Source of the DNA: Octopus bimaculoides | Taxonomy: Eukaryota | Reading direction: 5' to 3' | Assembly (NCBI RefSeq): GCF_001194135.2 | Contig: NC_068981.1 | Span: 63,082,623 to 63,118,366 of the forward strand | Length of the DNA: 35,744 bases | Part shown: positions 22,085 to 33,199 of the stretch, piece by piece | Layout of the letters: the number at the start of each line of letters is the position of its first letter | Numbering within the stretch: the stretch's first letter is position 1 | Position numbers and translations under genes: made by a program | The notes under the pieces: generated by a model | The model's input: only the letters and a program-made list of their open reading frames with translations | Database searches by the model: none | Told to the model about the DNA's origin: nothing

Positions 22085-22476
22085 CATTTACCTTTTACTT
22101 GTTTCAGTCATTTGACTATAGCCATGCTGGACCACCACTTTGAGTAATTTTAGTCAAACTAATCAACCCCAGTATCTATTTTCTTTTTAAGCCTGGTACT
22201 TATTCTATTGGTCTCCTTTGGCAAACTTCTAAGTTACATGGACATAAACACACCAACATCGGTTATCAAGCAGTGGTGGAGGACAGACAGACAGAAAGAC
22301 ACACACACACATATACATTGGGTATCTTTCAGTTTATGTCTATTAAATCCACTCACAAGAGTTTGGTTGGCCTGAGGCTATAGAAGACACTTGCTCGAGG
22401 TGTCACGTAGTGGGAGTGAACCTGGAACCATGTGATTGGTAAGCAAACTTCTTACCACGCTGCCATGCCAGCACCT
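22085..22476 (-). mobile_element. SINE family A
   Basis: Full reverse-orientation copy. Confidence 0.88.
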
Positions 22477-22503
22477 GTCAATAAATAAAAATTTTGTAAA
22501 TAA

Positions 22504-22653
22504 CTGTGTGGTAAGTTGCTTGCTTACCAACCACATGGTTCCGGGTTTAGTCCCACTGTGTGGCACCTTGGGCAAGTGTCTTCTACTATAGCCTCGGGCC
22601 GACCAAAGCCTTGTGAGTGGATTTGGTAGACAGAAACTGAAAGAAGCCCGTCG

Positions 22654-22710
<57 letters not shown>

Positions 22711-22918
22711 TTGTATGCCTGTTTGTCCCCCCAACATCGCTTAACAACCGATGCTGGTGTGTTTACGTCCCCGTAACTTAGTGGTTTGGCAAAAGAGACC
22801 GATAGAATAAGTACTAGGCTTACAAAGAATAAGTCCTGGGGTCGATTTGCTCAATTAAAGACAGTGCTCCAGCATGGCTGCAGTTAAATGACTGAAACAA
22901 GTAAATGAGTAAATAAAA
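22504..22918 (+). mobile_element. SINE family A
   Basis: Near-consensus forward copy with (TA)n centre. Confidence 0.92.
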
Positions 22919-23048
22919 AAATACTAGAGTTTGAGGAAAATAGTGGTGACTTGCATTGTTAAAACTCATTTAATTAACTCTGTGCCTGTCCTGTGTATCA
23001 GATATGACAAACAAGACACATTTCTTTTATATCTAGGTATCATATATA

Positions 23049-23203
23049 CCATATGTTAACGTGTATAACGAACCCTCTAATTTTTGGGGGCTTCAAATTT
23101 GGAAAAAAAGTTTTATAAGGGATTATAATATGTATAAGAAACTCTCATATTTTTTTAATCAAATTTTTGACAAAAATGGTTCCTCATACATGTTAAAATA
23201 TGG
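23049..23203. mobile_element. Tc2/pogo-like MITE
   Basis: TA flanks; including the TA, taccatatgttaacgtgtataacgaacc matches the reverse complement taccatattttaacatgtatgaggaacc at 24/28. Confidence 0.75.
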
Positions 23204-23631
23204 TAATATATATTCCTAATTGTTTTCAGTCATCAGAGTAACTTGAGAGGTCTGTAAGGAAATTTTTATGTTCTCCAGAACATGTAAACCAAAGGCTAAC
23301 TAAAAGTCTGAAAATAAGCATGGATGTTTAGGACAAGCAAAGGGTTAGGTTTACAAATTTGAATAAGTTTGAATATGATGGGTAAAGTTCTGACTTTTCG
23401 CTACGAAACTCTTCTTTAGAAAGAAAATAATTGAGTGTATAGTGTAGCATTATGTAAATAAGCTTGAAAAATATGTCAGAAAAAAAAAAATGGAGGGAAG
23501 TACAATGGAGGCAAGGGAGTGACCTGACCTGTTTGAAAAGTGGGGATGACAGTCACTCTTTTCTGTATCAAGGCCAGCTTAACCCTTCAACATTCAGATT
23601 AATTTGTCAAATGTAATGCTTATTTTAGTTT

Positions 23632-23839
23632 TTATCGTTTATCTTTTATTTGTTTCAGTCATTTGACTGTGGCCATGCTGAGACACCATCTTGAAGGGTT
23701 TTTAGTCAAACAAATCAACCCCAGAACTTTTTTTTTTAAGCCTGGTACTTATTCTATTGGTCACTTTTGCTGAACTGCTAAGTTACGGGGATGTAAACAC
23801 ACCAGCACCAGTTGTCAAGAAGTGTTGGGGACAAACACA

Positions 23840-23875
<36 letters not shown>

Positions 23876-24106
23876 NNNNNNNNNNNNNNNNNNNNNNNNN
23901 NNNNNNNNNNNNNNNNNNNNNNNNNNNNNNNNNNNNNNNNNNNNNNNNNNNNNNNNNNNNNNNNNNNNNNNNNNNNNNNNNNNNNNNNNNNNNNNNNNNN
24001 NNNNNNNNNNNNNNNNNNNNNNNNNNNNNNNNNNNNNNNNNNNNNNNNNNNNNNNNNNNNNNNNNNNNNNNNNNNNNNNNNNNNNNNNNNNNNNNNNNNN
24101 NNNNNN

Positions 24107-24146
<40 letters not shown>

Positions 24147-24293
24147 GACACGATTCTTTCAGTTTCCGTCTACCAAATCCACTCACAAGGCTTTGGTCAG
24201 CCCAAGGCTACAGTAGAAGATACTTACCCAAGATGCCATGCAGTAGGGCTGAACCGTGAACTATTTGGTTGGGAAGCAAGCTTCTTACCACAC
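23632..24293 (-). mobile_element. SINE family A with (CA)n centre spanning an N gap
   Basis: Tail before and head after the gap at 23876-24106. Confidence 0.88.
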
Positions 24294-24827
24294 AGTTCAA
24301 ATCCTACCAGTGCCAACATCTATTTTCAATTTTCCTGCGGGGAATCACTGACTTAAGTATATACAATGTTCTGGCAGGGTCCGTTCAGTTTATTATATCT
24401 TTGACTCTTTTAAACAGTTTTACCCTTGATGCTGATATCACAGCAAAATCTTGTGGTACCTCAGACTAAATACATAAGAAAGTTTAGTTTTGTTCCTCTA
24501 CTGTCTAGGTTCAAATTATACTTGAATAAATTTTGTTTGCCCTCCCTTTGGTTTTCATGTTTCAATAAAGCACCCAATCTTATGTATTCAGGTTGATTCA
24601 ACTGATTATATCTTCTTAAACATCTATGGTTGTTGTTGTTGTTATTTAATATTAGATCAGCAAGTTGCTGTTTAACCAAAGACTTATTGAACAATGCCTG
24701 TGATCAAAGCTTTCCTGACACTGATCATCATGATTTGTGGGGCATTTAGGACCACATTACCTTATTTGTCCTTCCCCTTTTTAAGACTATAGTGTGTCAT
24801 TTGAAAGAGATTTGGCTGCTATTACTA

Positions 24828-25019
24828 CTGTGGCATAGCTAGAGAGTGTGTGCCACCTGGGGGCAGCCCTTGAGTTTGATCCCCCATCCCCCACCCCTGC
24901 TCCACTTCCCCCTGATCAGGCAGCCTTATACAGTAGACCCAAAAGTGTCCTCTCACCCTCCACTACCATAAAAGCATTGCTTAGGTTGGACTGCCTCCCT
25001 TGCTCCTCACTCCCCATTG
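24828..25019. mobile_element. hAT-type MITE
   Basis: 8-bp target-site duplication tattacta (24820-24827) / tatttcta (25020-25027); degenerate CAGTGGCGTAG-like termini (ctgtggcatagc..ccccattg). Confidence 0.7.
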
Positions 25020-25188
25020 TATTTCTAGCAAGTTGAACAATCACATAGAGGTGACTTTGTCTTTGGTTTGAAAAATTTATAGTTTTTGTAGCAATATGAG
25101 AAAATATTATCACTACAGTTTATTTATCAATCTTCAAATATATGAGAAAATAATATTCTTTCATTTTCTTGTGTTTTTTTTTTCACAG

Positions 25189-25286
25189 ACACAAAGCTAT
25201 TTGGTACAAATATGGACAGATACTATGAATGTTAAAGCAGTCAGTGATTCTGAATTCAACGTTACACACAATAAAAAGCAATACAT
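25189..25286 (+). CDS. PH-domain protein, coding exon F (TQSYLVQIWTDTMNVKAVSDSEFNVTHNKKQY)
   Basis: Acceptor gtgttttttttttcacag, donor at|gttagt, 98 nt, phase 0-2. Confidence 0.85.
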
Positions 25287-25368
25287 GTTAGTATTTCATT
25301 TATCCTACTAATATCATCATCATCATCGTCATTGTTGTTGCTGTTGTTTTAATATCCACTTTCCTCAT

Positions 25369-25592
25369 AAGGCGGCGAGCTGGCAGAGACGTTAGCATGC
25401 CAGGCGAAATGTTTAGCAGTATTTCACCTGGCTTTACGTTCTGAGTTCAAATCCTGCCGAGGTTGACTTTGCCTTTCATTCTTTTGGGGTCGATAAATTA
25501 AGTACCGGTTGCATACTGGGGTCCATCTATTTGACTGCCCCCTCCCACCGTCCCCCAAAATTTCGGGCCTTGTGCCTAGAGTAGAAAAGAAT
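25369..25592 (+). mobile_element. SINE family B, near full length
   Basis: aaggcggcgagctggcagag..ctgagttcaaatcc..gggtcgataaattaagtacc..gccttgtgcctagagtagaaaagaat. Confidence 0.9.
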
Positions 25593-25894
25593 AAAATATC
25601 CATTTTCCCGTGTTTATATGGGTCAGATGGAATTTGTTGAGGCAGATATTCTACAGCTTAATGCCCTTCCTGTGATCATTACTCATTTGCAACTACCAGA
25701 CGATGTCAAGNNNNNNNNNNNNNNNNNNNNNNNNNNNNNNNNNNNNNNNNNNNNNNNNNNNNNNNNNNNNNNNNNNNNNNNNNNNNNNNNNNNNNNNNNN
25801 NNNNNNNNNNNNNNNNNNNNNNNATATATATGTATATATTTTTCTCTCCTTGTTTCTCTCCTTATTTTTTTTCTCCTTGTTTCTCTACTTGTTT

Positions 25895-26035
25895 CTTTCT
25901 GTGTTCCTTTCTGTTGAAGAGCGTAGGTTCGAAACAGTAAAGACTTTCTCTATTCCCGAGCGTTATACTAATACATCCATTTGTTGTTTACACCACCTGT
26001 CTTCGTCTGTTGTTTTTTTCGTGAATTCTCCCATA
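25895..26035 (+). mobile_element. Probable Penelope-like 3' terminal fragment
   Basis: ctgttgaagagcgtaggttcgaaacagta hammerhead-like remnant followed by a TA/CA-rich tail; assignment is inferred. Confidence 0.4.
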
Positions 26036-26298
26036 TACATACATACATACACACATACACACATCATATATACATACATTCATGCTTACAAACAAATAAG
26101 TGAATGGCTGCATGGACAGGTGAATGAATGGTTTCATTCAGTTTCTGTCTACCATATCTGCTCACAACGTTCTGGTAGGCCTGGATTCTAGTAGAAGATG
26201 CTTGCCCAAGTTACAAAAGATTTTTCTACCTAGAATACAAAAGGTATACTGTATGCCATGTATGTAATAACTTTAAAATATCACACTTTACTTTTCAG

Positions 26299-26359
26299 TT
26301 TTCGAATAAAGAATAAAAATTCAGTGGACATAACGGCAGAAAGAGATTCTTGGATGGAG
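26299..26359 (+). CDS. PH-domain protein, coding exon G (IFRIKNKNSVDITAERDSWME), PH beta7 and C-terminal helix
   Basis: Acceptor cactttacttttcag, donor gag|gtatgg, 61 nt, phase 2-0. ERDSWM contains the conserved PH-helix Trp. Confidence 0.87.
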
Positions 26360-27214
26360 GTATGGTAAAATTCTTTAGATTTTTGTTTTCACCTTTCATT
26401 ACCTTTATCTGGTTAAACTTCATTGTCTCTTGTCTTTCTTCTTTTTTCTCATGATTTTATCTGGGATTAACTTATTTAGAAGGTGCATAGCTCAGTGGTT
26501 AGATCATTGAGCTCAAGAAGGTGCATCGCTCAGTGGTTAGAGCATCAGGATCACATTCATTTTGTTGCTGTTCATGATCTTTTCAGTGACTTAGTGACTT
26601 TCCCTTTCACTCCGGTGTCTGCTCTACATGTTTTCTTTTTCTCATTACTTTTCATGAAAAAGTAATGAGAAAAAGGCGCAAAAAAAAAAAAAAAAAGGAA
26701 AAATAGGGCTGCAAAAAATCCCTTGTGATGTTTCTCCTAGCTCTTTACTTCTTGAGCTCAAATCCCAATCTGACTTGCTTTTGCCTTTCATCTCTGTGAG
26801 TTCAATAAAATAAAGTTCTAGTCAAGTATTGGAATTAATATAATTGACTCCTTGCTTCCCTAAATTTTTAGCCTTGTGACTATATTAAAAATAATTTTAT
26901 AATTCAGGCTTTCTGGAAGGCATCTGCTCGCAAAAATATAAAAACAAAGTGGATGGAAAATGTTAGATTATCTTCAATATCAGAAGAGGTAAGTCAAGAA
27001 TGTACCATCTGTTAAAGTTCCTTTTCAAGTATTTTCTATCGTCTACTTCTGTTGTGTGTATATGTGAGTGATATAGGACGGCAAATCCCTAATGCATCTA
27101 GCTTTACAGAAACCATATTACAAGTCATTCAAGACAGAAAGTTATTCAACATGATAAAAGAAGTGGTTGTTAATAATAATTCTCATTATTTTGATCATTG
27201 CCAGAGCAGCTGTC

Positions 27215-27585
27215 TGTCTTCTGTGCCAGTGGCACGTAAATAGCACCATTTGAGTGTGATCGTTACCAGCGTTGCCTTACTGGCACTTGTGCCGGTGGTA
27301 CGTGAAAAAACATTCGACCGAGGTCGTTGCCAGTGCCGCTGGACTGGCTCCTGTGCAAGTGGCACGTAAAAAACACCATTTTGAGAGTGGTTGTTGCTAG
27401 TACCACCTGAGTGGCCCTTGTGCTGGTGGCACGTAAAAGCACTCTCGGAATGGTTGGCATCCAGCTGTAGAAACTCAGCCAGATCAGATTGGAGCCTGGT
27501 GCAGCCATCTGGTTCGCCAGTCCTTAGTCAAATCGTCCAACCCATGCCAGCATGGAAAGCAAACGTTAAATGATGATGATGATGT
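27215..27585 (+). mobile_element. RTE LINE 3' UTR fragment
   Basis: gtggcacgtaaa subrepeats; end ggaaagcaaacgttaaatgatgatgatg. Confidence 0.85.
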
Positions 27586-27599
27586 TGGTGAAAATGATA

Positions 27600-28260
27600 T
27601 GCAGAGTCAAAGAAGTTGGCTTTTTGTCCTTTTTTGGTGATGGAACACACCTTGATAGATTTCCTAAGAATGAAATAGATACCAGTAGAGATAAAGATTT
27701 TGAAGTTTGATGAGGATAGGAGCAAACTCTGGAGTCTTCTGTTAGAGAGATATGAAAGGGATACTGTTGGAGAGTGATGAAAAGAATACTGTTGGAATGT
27801 TCATTTTATTGGGTTGAAGTTCTTACATGTCTCTCATTATTCACACATGCATAATTATGTGTCTATATGATGAGACAGGGAACATAGAAAAAGGAAATTT
27901 GTGAGGAGTTTTATTGAATACATACAGTGTTGAAAAGTGAGACAAGCAACTAATGTGAAGGCTTCTTCCTTGAAGGTGCTACTAAAAGAGCTGCCTTGCT
28001 TGTGGAATGGCAGATTGGAGGATTCCTCCAAGTGAGTAGAGAGCCTCTTTGCAATTGACCAGAAGTTTTAGAAACATGAGAGTTTGTTTACTGTATGATG
28101 CAGAAAGGCATCTTTTGCTTCTCTGATAGCAGTCTTCTAGACATTGTGTAACTGATGAAGATGATAATTGTGCTGGATGACTTCCCATAAGAAGTTGTGC
28201 TCTTTGTTCAAACTGCTGCAGCATGGATATATTAATGCATTTGAATTTTGTGAGTGTCTA
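27600..28260 (-). mobile_element. Decayed CR1/L2/Jockey-group LINE ORF2 fragment (linker to RT N-terminus)
   Basis: Minus-strand remnants KTAIREAKDAFLHHTVNKLS..NFWSIAKR, PEFAPILIKL and ISTGIY..KSIKVCSITKKGQK resemble the LSTGxFPxxWKxAxVxPIxKKG motif. Confidence 0.6.
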
Positions 28261-28464
28261 TGCTTTTGAGGAATACAGAATAGAAATCGAAATGTTTAGA
28301 TAGATGGTTGAAGTTATTTGTTTACTGTGTCGGATAAGTCTTGTGGGGGAAACACTTTTGTTGCCAGGAGTAATTGGTATAAAACTTGTAGAGTTTCAAC
28401 TAATTAACTGAGTGTTTTCTGTATATTTTTCTAATATGTAACTATATCATTTTCTAATTTGTAG

Positions 28465-28490
28465 GACTTAAATAAAAGTGTTACAGAAAG
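28465..28490 (+). CDS. PH-domain protein, 26-nt micro-exon H (DLNKSVTE)
   Basis: Acceptor cattttctaatttgtag, donor ag|gtatgt, phase 0-2. Needed to restore phase between exons G and I, and completes the PH helix (WMEDLNKSV). Confidence 0.75.
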
Positions 28491-28604
28491 GTATGTTGTA
28501 ATGTATGTTATTACTTTCCTTTTTAGCATTACATTACTTGTGATGGAGATGCACATTGTAGTAATAAGTTTTTATATTCATTTTTGTTTGAAAGAAGAAT
28601 TTAG

Positions 28605-28824
28605 CCCTTTAGCATTCATATTATTCTGTCTATTGTAATCCTTATTTATTCACATTACTTTGAATTAATCATGCATTATCTTGTAACTTCACAATTTCAA
28701 TAATGTGATTGTTTAATTTAAAAATAACATTGTATGGTGGGTATGAGAGGCTGGATCTTGGCAGTTTGAACATAAAACAGGTAGAATATTTGGGCCAGAT
28801 ATGGCTAGTTTAAATACTAATGGG
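28605..28824 (-). mobile_element. piggyBac-like MITE
   Basis: ccctttagcatt..aatactaatggg TIRs (10/12) with degenerate TTAA-like flanks. Confidence 0.7.
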
Positions 28825-29019
28825 TTTCATCTACCAAAATATTGATCAATTTACAAATTAATTTAATCACCGTTATTGTTTTCTTTCTCATTCCATTTTT
28901 ATTTATCCATCTCTTCTCTAATACCAAAATATTGTTTAGCCCTATTCCAATTTTGATTGAGCATACTTATAATCAAAGCATTCCAGCTAAGACTATTCTG
29001 TCATTTTCAGCACCATCTG

Positions 29020-29315
29020 AACGTGGCTGATGCCTGTACCCCATGACTGGCTCCCATATTGGTAGCACATAAAAAGCACTATTTGAACATGATAGATGCC
29101 AGTCCCGCCTAACTGGCACTTGTGCCAGTGGCATGTAAAATGCAACCACTACACTCTCAGAGTGGTTAACGTTAGGAAGGGCATCCAGCTTGTAGAAATA
29201 TTGCCCAATCACATTGGAGCCTGGTGCAGCTGCTGGCTCTCCACACCTCAGTCAAACCATCCAACCCATGCCAGCATGGAAAATGGACGTTAAACGATGA
29301 TGATGATGATGATGA
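29020..29315 (+). mobile_element. RTE LINE 3' UTR fragment
   Basis: Ends ggacgttaaacgatgatgatgatgatgatg. Confidence 0.85.
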
Positions 29316-30482
29316 GTGTATCTATAACAAGGATTACATTATCTAATGTATTCTTCATTAAGATGGAAGAGCATAATTTGAGGGATATTTGGTTATTAAT
29401 TCTAGCTGATCAAGTGACTATGTAGAATCAAAGAGAGGCAAACAGCATCTAGTATTTAGTGTATTTTACAATTAAATGAAATAAAGACTGGTGTACTGAA
29501 TGAGATATTCACAAAAAAAAAATCCCAATTAAATTTTCTTCATACTTGAAGAAAGAAAACAAAAACCCAGTGGTACTTGTTAGTGATAATCCTCTGATTT
29601 AGCTAAATGTATGTCATTGTCTCACACGAGTAATTTCTTCTAGTTCATTATATATTCTGTTACTACATTTCTAAACTGTTTCTTTTATTTTATACATTTT
29701 TATTTTAACTTTTGTACTATTATAAAAAAAAAAAAGGAATACAAGAAAACAAATCACAAATTAGAAAAGCCAACATGATAGACTAAGATGGCTGATAAAG
29801 TTGGATAATATTTAAAAGAGGGAGGAGGACATGAAGCCTATTTAATATTGGTGGCCAGTTTCAATAAATGAAATGAACTGAATGAAAAATGTCCTTTTTG
29901 TTTAGCTCCAGCTCAGTTCTAATAAAGCTGACTTACGTTTAAAGGCATTCAGTTGTAACTATCCTGTCCTTTTTTATTACTATGTTCTATCTAGGGCAAC
30001 ATTATACAGTTAATCCATTATCGAGTCGCAAAGCTGCAATGAATACTACAAATGTACAATACACAATACTGTTTTAAATAATACAAATTTTAGTCCTCAT
30101 TGCATTGAGTATGTTATTGATTTTATAGGACTTATGTAAACAAATGAACTTCTTGGGTGGGGATTGACCTGACATGTTTTAGTTCTATTTGGGTCAAATT
30201 ATCAGAGACTGCACACTTCACCCCTGCATCTACCTGTTATCTGACTGTGTGGAAATACTGTATATGTGTGAAAGTGTGTGTGTATGTATGCATACACAAT
30301 TCTTATACTTCAAAAATAGGAGTGCGAGTGGTCAGAAAAGTATGACTGATTAAAATGACTGATGAAACTTTTGTTGGTCTGGTAGACTAAATTAGCATAG
30401 ATAAGGATCACATCCCAAATTGTATGCCAAGAAATATTTCAACCATTATATACTAAGAGTGAGTTTATCGGCACCCCTCAGA

Positions 30483-31025
30483 AGTAGTTGCTGTGTGGTT
30501 GAGAAGCTTACTTTTGGACCACATAGTCTTGAGTTCAGTCCCACTGCATGGTACTTTTGGCAAGTATCCTCTACTGTAGTCTCAGGCTGTCAAAGCCTTG
30601 TGAGTGGACTTGGTAGATGGAAACAGAAGGAAGCCCTGTGTGTGTGTATATGTGTGTATTATCAACCACACATATTCAAGGTATGTGTTTTACTTGTTCA
30701 TCAGTATGCTGCAGCTTTAGCACAGTGGGGACGACTCCCTCAAAGTACTGGGTGTTAAAACACCGGAAAGTCTTGTGTGTGTGTGTGTGTGTGTGTGTAT
30801 CTATGTGTATGTGTCTTTGTGTTATGTTTGTCCCTCTCACCACTTGACAACCATTGTTGGTTTGTTTATGTCTCTATAACTTAGCAGTTCGGTAAAATAG
30901 AGCAATAGAATAAGTACCAGTTTTAAAACTAAGTACTGGGGTCAATTTGTTGCTTTGACTAAACGCTTTGACTAAACCAGCATTGCCTCAGTTTTCTGAC
31001 TGAAACATGTAAAAGATAAAAGAGT
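30483..31025 (+). mobile_element. Older SINE family A copy with internal extra segment
   Basis: gctgtgtggttgagaag head, core, two GT microsatellites, tail gactgaaacatgtaaaag. Confidence 0.75.
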
Positions 31026-31120
31026 GTTAAAGCCATCTTGAACCCATAACCATTTAATCAGTTGTTTAGGGCATTCATTTCTCAGCCATCTAAATAACAC
31101 TCGAGAAAATCTTGAATATA

Positions 31121-31538
31121 GGCGCAGGAGTGGCTGTGTGGTAAGTAGCTTGCTTACCAACTACATAGTTCCGGGTTCAGTCCCACTGCATGGCACCTTG
31201 GGCAAGTGTCTTCTACTATAGCCTAGGGCTGACCAAAGCCTTGTGAGTGGATTTGGTAGACGGAAACTGAAAGAAGCCCATCGTATATATGTATATATAT
31301 ATGTATGTATGTGTGTATATATGTTTCTGTGTCTGTGTTTGTACCCCCACCATCGCTTGACAACTGATGTTGGTGTGTTTACATCCTTGTAACTTAGCGG
31401 TTCGGCAAAAGAGACCAATAGAATAAGTACTAGGCTTACAAAGAATAAATCCTGGGATTGATTTGCTTGACTGAAGGTGGTGCTCCAGCATGGCCACAGT
31501 CAAATGACTGAAACAAGTTAAAGAGAGTAAAAGAGAGT
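31121..31538 (+). mobile_element. SINE family A, full length
   Basis: Starts ggcgcaggagtggctgtgtggtaag; complete body and tail. Confidence 0.93.
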
Positions 31539-31631
31539 ATCACCAAATCTCATTTTCTATTTCTCTATAAAATTTGATGCTTTATATTTGTATAAGAATT
31601 GTATGTTTATAATTCTCCTTCATTTCCTTAG

Positions 31632-31714
31632 ATCACCCACCCCTCCTGTGGATTATGAGGACAATCTAGCACGCTTTCAAAGAAGCTGTAGTAAAGAGAA
31701 CAACGTGTTGAATG
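31632..31714 (+). CDS. PH-domain protein, coding exon I (RSPTPPVDYEDNLARFQRSCSKENNVLN)
   Basis: Acceptor ctccttcatttccttag, donor atg|gtaagt, 83 nt, phase 2-1. Confidence 0.85.
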
Positions 31715-31719
31715 GTAAG

Positions 31720-32245
31720 TTATCATCATCATCATCGTCATCGTCATTATCATTATCACCACTACCACCATTATCCTCATCATCATTATCACCACCATCA
31801 TTGTCACCATCACAACTATCACCACCACCGCCACCACCGCCATCAATACCACCATCACCATCATCAATAGCACCACCACCACCATCATCATCATCACCGC
31901 CACCACACCACCGCTACGATCATCATTATGACCATCACCTGTATCAGGACAACTACCTCTTAGGACAATTAACCCTTCGGTTAATTAGCATCTCCCCAAT
32001 ATATTAAGAAGTTTTGATTCATCATCTGTTCTCCACAGGGGTAATTGTCCTTGGGGAGGGGCGGGCAGGGTTATTGTCCATGGTGAGGGTAAATGTCCTA
32101 GACTCATCATCATTACCATCATCACCACCCAGCTTCAGCAACACCACTTACCAATGACATTATCATTGTTGTTATTGTTGTTGTCATCATCACCACTACC
32201 ATCACCACTATCACCACCATCATCGTCATCATCATCATCATTCTC
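31720..32245. repeat. Degenerate (CAT/CAC)n trinucleotide tract
   Basis: Direct reading; interrupted by the MITE at 31941-32105. Confidence 0.9.
31941..32105. mobile_element. MITE with repeated subterminal GGACAATTACCC-like motifs
   Basis: Two motif copies at the left end and three inverted copies at the right end; superfamily not determined. Confidence 0.65.
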
Positions 32246-33199
32246 AGCATCCTCTTCAAGTGTCAACAAGGGATCCTCAGTTGACATCCTCCTATCTTAA
32301 ATTTGATGATGTAGGCCTGGATAAACTTATGCTTAAGAAATTATGTATATTGACCTCCAATGTTTGACCTCCCTGCTTCCAGGTTCAGCCTCAACTGAAC
32401 TCAATTATGATGAAAGACGTTCGGATCTAGTCGATCTCATTCGCAAAATGAGCCCTACTTTATTTTGCTCAGATTGCTTTCAATTTTGGTGTATCAATAC
32501 AACTCTGAATTTTGATTATGATCAACCAATTACTTTATCTTGTAAATTAAAGAGTCTGATGTTATTTGGAATTAAAGTTGGGAAATTTGGGTAATTTTAG
32601 CTAATCAGCAGACAGCGTGGCATTAGCAGTTTGTTACCATGACAACCGCATGCTGTGTTGTGGTTCACCTGCATGTTTTGTTTTTAATTTTTCTGTGTGT
32701 TCGTATATTACATATTTTTCTGTGCTTTTTCTGTATGTTAGTATTTTTACATATTTTTCATTTCAAATATTTTTGGGACTCATTAACTCAGATAGCTGGA
32801 TTTATGATTTCACTAGGTTAATTTTATTCATAAAAATTTAAATTAGGAGTATTTCTTAAACCATTAGCTTCGGATTTCAACAGCTTAACTGAAATTTAGC
32901 CCATGCAACAGGATCTGAGAGGGATATCGTGGAACAGAGGAACTGTGGGTGATACAGATAATTTGACATTATTTTTGAATTCTGCATGCAAAATCATATA
33001 AGATACAGGTATTCTTTTCCTTGGGACAAATTCTTTGCTGATCAGTGTTATTCTTATTGTAATTTACAAATCCAAGCATGAAAATGTTACTCAACTTTGG
33101 AGTTTTGGAGACAGACATCCCCTTTTCACACACACACACATGCGCTTACATATTAATGATGTACATAAATACATGGCAGATATACATAATACTGAAGTA

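Noticed and set aside
23757-24356. Long ORFs of poly-HT / poly-CV with X runs (also 11207..11506, 11713..12107, 25618..26191)
   Set aside because: Microsatellites plus N gaps.
32401-32513. C/D-box snoRNA-like arrangement (ATGATGA .. CTGA)
   Set aside because: Weak terminal stem, no clear D'/C' boxes, and no rRNA or snRNA complementarity that I can recognise.
32383-32594. Possible extra exon (GSASTELNYDERRSDLVDLIRKMSPTLFCSDC..), phase-compatible with exon I
   Set aside because: No strong frame-compatible donor to exon J, and exons I and J join directly. Could only be an alternative terminal exon, which needs RNA evidence.
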